Shown here: positions 14,871-22,087 of the stretch, piece by piece | How the letters are laid out: each line of letters opens with the position of its first letter | How positions within the stretch are numbered: the first letter of the stretch is position 1 | Assembly: GCA_038045705.1 (NCBI GenBank) | Contig: JBBSXO010000003.1 | Span: 128,828 to 152,827 of the forward strand | DNA length: 24,000 nucleotides | Source: Nanobdellota archaeon | GTDB taxonomy: Archaea; Nanobdellota; Nanobdellia; Pacearchaeales; GW2011-AR1 | Reading direction: 5' to 3' | Translations under genes and position numbers: made by a program | Notes under the pieces: generated by a model | What the model saw: only the letters and a program-made list of their open reading frames with translations | What the model was told of the DNA's origin: nothing | Databases searched by the model: none

Positions 14871-17859
14871 ATCTAGAGTAAAGAGGAATAGGACATCCAC
14901 TATCTCCTACTAAATCACGAGTTCCATCACAATCATTATCCAGTCCATCTCTACACAATTCAACCCCAGTTTCAACAGTAGCATATCCTGAAATAGAATT
15001 GTAATTACATCCAGGCCAGTTATTATTAGTACAAGTCTCAAATGAATTCAGACAAACTCCTCTCTGTTCTCCACAGTTTCTAACCTGTCCGTTAGTACAA
15101 ACAGGTAAACTCAAAACAGTTAAGTTATAATTTACATTTCTAACAACTGTTCCACTTGTTCCAGTAATTATAATACTTTGATTAGAAACCAAAGTAGCAC
15201 TAGAAGAAGCAGATAAAGTAAGAGTTGAAGAGCAAGAATTTCCACTAGAAGGAGTACAACTTGTTGGATTAAATAACGCAGAAATTCCAGCAGATAAGTT
15301 AGTAGCAGTAAATGTCACAGCAGATGAAGTTCCAGAAGTATGAGTCGCAGTAACTGTAGTAGAAACAGTGTTACCTCTTTGTACAGATCCAGATGTAGGA
15401 CTTCTAGAAATTGTAAAGTCTAATGGAGCACTTTGATTTGTAGTATTACTAGCAAGATTAGACCAACCTGAAACACCAACACTATTATTCGCTAAAACTC
15501 TATATTCAAATGAAGTACTTGTAGGCAAACCATTATCAGTAAATGTAATTGTATTTGCAGGCAAGTTAGAAGCAGTAGACAATACATTAAAGCTACCAGA
15601 AGGTAATTGTCTTCTCTCAACTCTGAAGTTCATTTCATTATCGCTATTGTCTTTCCAATTAAGTCTCAACTGTATAGAACTTACTGGAGTAACGTTTAAG
15701 TCAGAAGGGGAGTTAGGCAAACTCCCAGGTACACATCCCTCATCAACCTGACCATCACAGTCATTATCTAATCCATCACAAGTGCTTTCAATTACTTGAT
15801 AATTAGAATTATGAGTTACATATGTAGTAGGTGAATAAGTAGGGGCACTGCATCCCCACCAATTCTTAAACTTACAAGTCTCTCTTGATCCAGCACAAAC
15901 TCCTCTCTGTTCTTGACAATTTCTTTGCGTGTTTTCAGTACAGAGATCATTAGGGTTCCATTGCCGACCATAATCAGACCTATGAGTAACCCATAATTGG
16001 TCAAGCCATCTTCGCCAATCAGGAAATTGGGTAACACCTTCAATTTGCATATAACGATCCATATATGGGAAATAAACATCATGATTCCAAAGATCAGTAA
16101 TGCCCATAATATGAGCGGCTAAAGCATAACCAACCCATGAACTAGCAGTACAACAAATACGATAACCATTTCCAGTCCAAATAACATTATCACCTCTAGG
16201 ATCGTCCCAATGATTCCAACCCCAATCAGGAAGTCCTATATCAGCAGAAGTATACCCTCCATAACCACAATTCACACCTCCTGCAGAACATTCAGGAATA
16301 ACAGAAGGAGGTGTATTTACAGGATAATTAGTTACAGCAAAAGTCTGTCCAGTATCTCCAAAATAGCCTGGATCAGTATTATCAAAACGAATCCTAGACA
16401 TACCTTGATCATTAAGCAAAGCTCCCGCAAAAAGAATTGGGAACAACCGACCGGAGCCATGGCCCCCATTAGGAAACCAAGAATCATTAACATTAACACG
16501 ATTGTTAAAAGCACCATAGAAATCAATACCTAATTGAGTAAGCATAACAACTAATCTTTCTTTTTCCGCATTAGTATAATTAAGATTAACTAAAATAGCT
16601 ATATAAGAAACATCTAAAGCAAAAGCTCCACCATATCCAGAGGCACCTAAAGAAGGTTGAACCCCTTCAGTTCTCCAATAATTAGTCTGAACATTAACAC
16701 GTTCAAATGTTTTTTCTATCTGTGATATGTTTAAAGGAGAAGGTGGAGCGCTAGAGGGAGTTAATCTTCCCAGACGATTATAATCTAATTGATTTTTATT
16801 AAAACGAATAGTTTTATCTGTTCCAAAATAAGTCGGTCTAAAACTATTTGCTGGAGGTACTTGAGTAAGAATAGTTAATACTGCAGCATCTCTAACAAAA
16901 CCTCTTGTACATGAGAATGTAATGCTGTTAACTGCATCCCAGCCATATGTAGCTCCGCAAGTAGAAGGAGTAGTCTGACTTTCTGTAGATAAAAGAGATG
17001 CAGAAGCAGTAATAGTTAAAGGGAAAGTTGGCCGTAATGTAGCATCATAAGAAGGCCCATCATTATTACTAAGACGATCATCATAAGGTTGACCGCTTAG
17101 ACCACTACGAAAACTTGGATTCAACCATGAACCATGCCTTCCAGGTATTTGTAAAGGAGAAGTACTAGTAATTGTTACAGGACCAATAACCCACCAATCT
17201 CCATTAGCAAATTGCCCGCATTCAACAGGTGTTTGAAAATTCCAAGTAATTCCATAACGAGTAATTGAAGAACACAAAGCACTTTCAGGTCCAGACCCAC
17301 CAGAAGGAGATAAAGAAGAATCATCGCCATAAAAAAGATAAATTTTTTCAGAAACCAAATTCTTAGAATAACTAGGAGAAGAGCTAAGACTAACAATAGA
17401 ATAAATTTCAAGTCTAGAATCTTCTGAAGATTCATCCGCCAAAATTAAAACTCCATCGGTAATTTTCCAGTCAAATGAAGCAACACCATTTTCAAAAACG
17501 CTTTGAAGATTAATTATATGGTCATCAAACAGGATATCTTTTTCAAAAATCTCAAAATCAACTTTATAACCATCACAATTTTTTCCAAAAACTTCAAAGT
17601 GAACAACATCTCCAATTTTAACAGAATTAACACTCGATGAAACTCTTTCAATTATACACGAAGAACCAATATCTACATTAGGAAAAGTTCTAAGATCTGA
17701 AATATTAAGAAGAGAATCTTCTTCAGAAATAACTTTGCCTGTAATTGTCCCATCAATATCAAAAAAACTATAAGTCTTATTTACGTCAAAAAATAAAACA
17801 AAAGAAAAAAAAGCAATAAAAAAAACAAATATAATAAAAAAATCAACACTCCACTTCAT
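13984..17859 (-). CDS. Giant membrane-anchored surface protein A: signal/TM, uncharacterised aromatic-rich globular domain, FN3, two Cys/acidic MopE-like metal-binding modules, C-terminal TM
   Basis: N-terminal hydrophobic segment; 'FANGDWWVIGPV', 'WFPNGGHGSGRLFPILFAGALL', 'MGITDLWNHDVYFPYMDRYM'; FN3-like 'SPSDLNVTPVSSIQLRLNWKDNSDNEMNFRVER...FEYRVLANNSVG'; 'CDGLDNDCDGQVDEGC'; 'CRDGLDNDCDG'; 'CNDEVDNDGDGLVDYPSDTGC'; TM 'IRLVFWIIMSTLIVGIIIVMIVIV'. Confidence 0.85.
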   Translation of the reverse strand: MKWSVDFFIIFVFFIAFFSFVLFFDVNKTYSFFDIDGTITGKVISEEDSLLNISDLRTFPNVDIGSSCIIERVSSSVNSVKIGDVVHFEVFGKNCDGYKVDFEIFEKDILFDDHIINLQSVFENGVASFDWKITDGVLILADESSEDSRLEIYSIVSLSSSPSYSKNLVSEKIYLFYGDDSSLSPSGGSGPESALCSSITRYGITWNFQTPVECGQFANGDWWVIGPVTITSTSPLQIPGRHGSWLNPSFRSGLSGQPYDDRLSNNDGPSYDATLRPTFPLTITASASLLSTESQTTPSTCGATYGWDAVNSITFSCTRGFVRDAAVLTILTQVPPANSFRPTYFGTDKTIRFNKNQLDYNRLGRLTPSSAPPSPLNISQIEKTFERVNVQTNYWRTEGVQPSLGASGYGGAFALDVSYIAILVNLNYTNAEKERLVVMLTQLGIDFYGAFNNRVNVNDSWFPNGGHGSGRLFPILFAGALLNDQGMSRIRFDNTDPGYFGDTGQTFAVTNYPVNTPPSVIPECSAGGVNCGYGGYTSADIGLPDWGWNHWDDPRGDNVIWTGNGYRICCTASSWVGYALAAHIMGITDLWNHDVYFPYMDRYMQIEGVTQFPDWRRWLDQLWVTHRSDYGRQWNPNDLCTENTQRNCQEQRGVCAGSRETCKFKNWWGCSAPTYSPTTYVTHNSNYQVIESTCDGLDNDCDGQVDEGCVPGSLPNSPSDLNVTPVSSIQLRLNWKDNSDNEMNFRVERRQLPSGSFNVLSTASNLPANTITFTDNGLPTSTSFEYRVLANNSVGVSGWSNLASNTTNQSAPLDFTISRSPTSGSVQRGNTVSTTVTATHTSGTSSAVTFTATNLSAGISALFNPTSCTPSSGNSCSSTLTLSASSSATLVSNQSIIITGTSGTVVRNVNYNLTVLSLPVCTNGQVRNCGEQRGVCLNSFETCTNNNWPGCNYNSISGYATVETGVELCRDGLDNDCDGTRDLVGDSGCPIPLYSRFNNNLTTNISNITDLTRVVDFSIGIPGLGRIQYLGQQVSLWRSVSGVYQALNLNNAIAIASNIVGVYSESYVELNQTARVTFYNLSYTQAPVPIIQTSSGNVTCPSTKCTPLSYSNGEFVMTAVGFSNYSTLNSTCGDNYCHVLSETCSSCASDCGTCGTGSGSSSSGSGSGSSSGSGTGGPPRRTNTLVTQCNDEVDNDGDGLVDYPSDTGCSNDNDNIELDETQLVDEDLEETETLTEDSPIDSQIRLVFWIIMSTLIVGIIIVMIVIVHSVRKHRRFKSLMGNRLIRKTGYN

Positions 17860-17917
17860 AAAGAAAAAAGAATAAGGCTATTTATAAGGTTTATTATAGC
17901 TCTATCTCGACTACAAA

Positions 17918-18790
17918 TCAAATCCCTAGAGGAGGCGAATTACTTGAACTTGAAGCAACTTTTGCAAGATTATTAAATCTATTTTTTCCAATCAAATATC
18001 TAAGGATGATCATAGAAGCAATAACAATTCCACCAATAAGCGCAACAATAACTATCCAAAAGATAATCTTTATCTCAAAGACTCTTTCAAGAGGAGTAGG
18101 TAAGCTTTGGTCTTCACCTTCTGATTCATCAATCAAAGAGTCTACATTCAATTCAACATTATCTTGGGCATTGCTACAACCAGCATCTCTAGGATAATCA
18201 ACTAGTCCATCACCATCATTGTCAACTCTATCATTACATTGAGTAACTAAAGGAGTAGTTCTTCTAGGAGGACCACCAGTCCCACTTCCAGATCCAGAAC
18301 CTGAGCCAGATCCACTTCCACTAGAAGAAGGGCATGCCCCACAATCAGAACTACAAGAAGAACAAGTCTCACTCAGGCTGCAGTAAGTGTCTCCACAACT
18401 AGAGTTTCTAGTACTATAATTACTAAATCCAGCAACATTCATACTAAATACACCATTAAGATAAGCCAAACTTTGACATGATGTAGAAGGACAAATAACA
18501 TATCCAGTAGAACTTGAAACAACAGGAGTAGGTGCTTCCGAATAAGACAAACCTTCAAATGTTAAAACAGCAGTTTGATCAAGTTCAGGATTACTTAGAG
18601 CATCAACACCAATCAAATTATTTTCTATAGTTACAGCATCATCCAAATTCAAGGCCTGATGAATTCCAGAAGCATTTCTCAAAACAGAAACTCTCTGTCC
18701 TAAGTATTGTATTCTTCCAGCTCCAGAAACTGCTAGAGACATATCTTGAACATTGCTTAAATCAGGAACAGCAAAGAAATTAGTAGTCAA
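17918..18790 (-). repeat. Paralogous C-terminal module, copy B
   Basis: 'GAGRIQYLGQRVSVLRNASGIHQALNLDDAVTIENNLIGV...GFSNYSTRNSSCGDTYCSLSETCSSCSSDCGAC...GTGGPPRRTTPLVTQCNDRVDNDGDGLVDYP'. Boundaries approximate. Confidence 0.85.
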
Positions 18791-21700
18791 TGGAGAAATA
18801 AATCCAGTAACAGAAGGAACAGGACACCCATTCAAAGTACTAACAACTGTAGATATAGACGTATTAAGACATAAATCTAAATTATTTGGAACTGGTCCAT
18901 CTGGAATACTGTCTCCATCATTATCAAAACTACAGATATTATTATAACACAATCCAGTAGTATATGTAGAACCAGCAATAACGCAATCAGAGCCAGAGCT
19001 TAATAGACAAGACTCTCCAAAATCACACAACAAACCAGCAGGTGTGCAAATAGGGCCACCGCCATCTCTACAGGTTTCATGAGAATCCTGAATACCATTA
19101 CTACATTCAGCAAGAGTTCCTGTCTCTCCTTGCAAAGTCAATGTAACCCGACGGACAACGTTAGTAGTTTGAGATGTTGCAGTAATAACTATGGGATAAT
19201 TTTGTTCAACAACATTTCCAACATCTACATCAAGAGTTACATTACAAGTAGGATTAGGGTTTCCAGCACTAGGAGTACATCTATCTGATCCAACAAAACT
19301 AACAGAAGCTTCAGGAATAGATTGAGCAGACACAACAACTTCTTCTTGAGTCATTTCAACAAGACTCTCTAATTTAACTTCGACATTAAATGAAGATCCA
19401 GAAACAACAGGAACTGTAGAAGGATTCAAAGTAGATAGATAACTAAATGGATAATTCACTCTAAGATTTTGCGGAGAAGAAGAAACAATACCATCTCCAC
19501 TTATAACTCTTATTGCAAAATCACCTACTAATGTCCCTAATATTCCAGGAGGTAAAGACAATTGTATTAAGTTAGAATTAGCAACAGTTGTTAAAGGAGT
19601 TATATCTATTCCATTTGCAGTAACAAAAGCCAAAGGATCAAAATCATTTCCAACTAGATTAATAATATTATTAACATTGTTAACAATAATATTAGGAGAA
19701 ATAGAATTTATCACAGGACTAGATCTCAAAGTAAAAGTGAAAGAGTTAGAATTCAGTCCAGGAGCAGGAGTCGGATTTACAACACTAATGGAGTGAGTTC
19801 CAACTCTAAATGTTTCAGCCTCAATATTAAAAGAGATACTATTTCCAGTAATAACTAAGTTCTGACATTGCGTAGAACAAGGAACTCCATCAATTCTTAA
19901 TTCAGCATTAGACGCAAAATATTGCCCATTAATAGTTAAAGCATTATCAGATCCCCACAAAAATATAGGGCTAGGAAGATTATTTATGTTATTTATAACT
20001 GGGCTCTGATCAACACAACCGCAAGAATTAGCATTACAACTTTGTGATTGAGAACAACCACTACTAGAATCACATGTAGCACCACACTGATTGATCCTAC
20101 ATTGATAAGAACCAGCACAAGTACCTGCATCTACACATCTATCTGGACTACCACTAGATTTAGTTCCACTAGTACCAGCACATTCAACACACCATTGACA
20201 AAGATTACCAGGTGCAGTATTACAAGATGTACTTGTACTGTATCCAGAACAAGAACCAGCAGTTATTTGCACGTTAGAAGTCAAAGCATTTCCGCTTCTA
20301 TAAGATATAGAAGAATCAATATCACATCTTGCAATTTGAGTTATTCCAGGAGTAGAAGAACTTAAACAATTAAAAGTAGCTGTACTTCCACTAGAACTAG
20401 ATAAAGCACAAGTAGAGGAACCAATAAATCCATCTAATGCAACGGCAACATTTGCAGGATTTGAAGTACAAACTAAATTAAAATTAGTATTTGCATTAAC
20501 ACTAGAAGGCGCATTTATGTTTGTAATCTGAATAGAACATCCACTATCTCCTTTAATTAAACCATCTCCACTTCCAATATAATCTCTTCCACCAGTAGCA
20601 ATATTGAGTTCATCACAGTCATTATCCATACCATCAGAACACAAAGCAGAACCAGTTTCAACAGAAGCATAATTGGGACTATGAGATGAATATGTCCCAG
20701 AAGTGCAAGCCTCAAACTCTCCATCAACACATCTAGCAACAGAACCTTGACAAACACCCTGTTGATTGCTACAAGGAATAGTATCAACACCATCAAGACA
20801 AGTAGTAGCTTCTATAGTCAAAGGTAACCAATTAGCAGAATACTGCAAGAAAGGATTGCCAGTAGGATCAAATACATTAGCATATTGATATTCTAAAGAT
20901 GCAGGATCCTGTCCTTGAGGAATTACAAAAGTAAATGTATTGCTATCAACCCAATTACAATTATAATTACTTCCAACAAGGTAATTACAAACATCTATAG
21001 TCGTTTGAGTAAGTGTATCTCTTACAAAAATTGAATACTCTGGCATCAAATTAGTCCCGGTAATTGTAATTGGTCTTGCAATATTATGTCTTACAGTCCC
21101 GGGAGTTAATGTATTAATTACAGGAACAGGTGCATTCCTAATAGTAAGCTGCTGAGGTTGAGATTCTCGAAAATTATCTAAATTAACAACCTTAATATCG
21201 TAAACATCTGCAATAGCATTTCTCTGTACAGGAAATCTAATTTCATTAACACTAACTCTAGAACAACCAAGAGTCGCAAAAGAACAATAAGGATCATAAT
21301 TAGATTGTTCTTGAGGTTTATAAAAAATAGCAAAATTAACTGGAAGGTTATCTCCTAGCATAGAAACATCAGTTAAAACATGATTGTAAACAGGGTTAGG
21401 ATTAAACGAATTAATAATAGGAGCATCAGATAAAGTAACTCCAGTAGCTGTATTTGACCAAGGAGATGATAAAATTATATTATAAGCAAGAACTCTATAA
21501 TCGTAAGAAGTGCTTGGCATAAGATTATTATGTATAAATGATTCTGTATTTGGAGGTAAACCATTAGCTCCCTGAACATCTGCCCAAGCAGACTCTGGAG
21601 CAGAAGATAATTTATATTGTAAAATAAATCCATCTTCACTATTACTTGGACTATTACTATTGTCAGTCCAATCCAGCCTTATAGAAGAAAAACTTAAAGG

Positions 21701-21973
21701 TGTAGCAGTTAAATCACTAGGTGGTAAAGGTGGTTCAGTTGGATCATCAGTAGGCTGTAAAAGAATGCCATCGACAGGATTAACAAAAGGATAAATAATT
21801 TTAGACAAAACAGAATCTCCCAATTCATATTCGGAAGGTGAAGCCTCTCCAGTAGAAATATATTCTGCAACACAAGGAAGAGAACCACAATTATTAGCAT
21901 AATCTAAGTAAAGCACAAAAGCAGATAAAAAACTAAAAATAACAACTACAAATAAAAAACCATCTCTTTTCAT
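17918..21973 (-). CDS. Giant membrane-anchored surface protein B: TM/signal, FN3, IPT/TIG-like domains, Cys-rich regions, C-terminal module shared with protein A, TM
   Basis: Start revised from 22108 to ATG at 21973 (MKRDGFLFVVVIFSFLSAFVLYLDYANNCG...), which avoids overlap with MCM and gives a plausible signal. FN3 'PPSDLTATPLSFSSIRLDWTDNS'; TIG-like 'APVINNINNLPSPIFLWGSDNALTINGQYF' and 'SPVINSISPNIIVNNVNNIINLVGNDF'; 'CNDRVDNDGDGLVDYPRDAGC'; TM 'IKIIFWIVIVALIGGIVIASMIIL'. Confidence 0.85.
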   Translation of the reverse strand: MKRDGFLFVVVIFSFLSAFVLYLDYANNCGSLPCVAEYISTGEASPSEYELGDSVLSKIIYPFVNPVDGILLQPTDDPTEPPLPPSDLTATPLSFSSIRLDWTDNSNSPSNSEDGFILQYKLSSAPESAWADVQGANGLPPNTESFIHNNLMPSTSYDYRVLAYNIILSSPWSNTATGVTLSDAPIINSFNPNPVYNHVLTDVSMLGDNLPVNFAIFYKPQEQSNYDPYCSFATLGCSRVSVNEIRFPVQRNAIADVYDIKVVNLDNFRESQPQQLTIRNAPVPVINTLTPGTVRHNIARPITITGTNLMPEYSIFVRDTLTQTTIDVCNYLVGSNYNCNWVDSNTFTFVIPQGQDPASLEYQYANVFDPTGNPFLQYSANWLPLTIEATTCLDGVDTIPCSNQQGVCQGSVARCVDGEFEACTSGTYSSHSPNYASVETGSALCSDGMDNDCDELNIATGGRDYIGSGDGLIKGDSGCSIQITNINAPSSVNANTNFNLVCTSNPANVAVALDGFIGSSTCALSSSSGSTATFNCLSSSTPGITQIARCDIDSSISYRSGNALTSNVQITAGSCSGYSTSTSCNTAPGNLCQWCVECAGTSGTKSSGSPDRCVDAGTCAGSYQCRINQCGATCDSSSGCSQSQSCNANSCGCVDQSPVINNINNLPSPIFLWGSDNALTINGQYFASNAELRIDGVPCSTQCQNLVITGNSISFNIEAETFRVGTHSISVVNPTPAPGLNSNSFTFTLRSSPVINSISPNIIVNNVNNIINLVGNDFDPLAFVTANGIDITPLTTVANSNLIQLSLPPGILGTLVGDFAIRVISGDGIVSSSPQNLRVNYPFSYLSTLNPSTVPVVSGSSFNVEVKLESLVEMTQEEVVVSAQSIPEASVSFVGSDRCTPSAGNPNPTCNVTLDVDVGNVVEQNYPIVITATSQTTNVVRRVTLTLQGETGTLAECSNGIQDSHETCRDGGGPICTPAGLLCDFGESCLLSSGSDCVIAGSTYTTGLCYNNICSFDNDGDSIPDGPVPNNLDLCLNTSISTVVSTLNGCPVPSVTGFISPLTTNFFAVPDLSNVQDMSLAVSGAGRIQYLGQRVSVLRNASGIHQALNLDDAVTIENNLIGVDALSNPELDQTAVLTFEGLSYSEAPTPVVSSSTGYVICPSTSCQSLAYLNGVFSMNVAGFSNYSTRNSSCGDTYCSLSETCSSCSSDCGACPSSSGSGSGSGSGSGSGTGGPPRRTTPLVTQCNDRVDNDGDGLVDYPRDAGCSNAQDNVELNVDSLIDESEGEDQSLPTPLERVFEIKIIFWIVIVALIGGIVIASMIILRYLIGKNRFNNLAKVASSSSNSPPLGI

Positions 21974-22087
21974 TACAATAGATATAACTAAGTCATTTAT
22001 AAAGTTTATTCTAAAAATTACTAGATTATTAATAACTATATCTTTAATGGTAACAAACAATATAAAGCAAAATCCATCTGCAACACA

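Noticed and set aside
15816-20796. ORFs inside the surface protein genes in other frames (15816-16082, 16210-16533, 16332-16526, 17175-17435, 18006-18197, 18753-18947, 19079-19288, 20048-20365, 20557-20796)
   Set aside because: Ser/Thr/Arg-rich or Leu-rich translations are expected as frame shadows of repetitive coding sequence; no family features.
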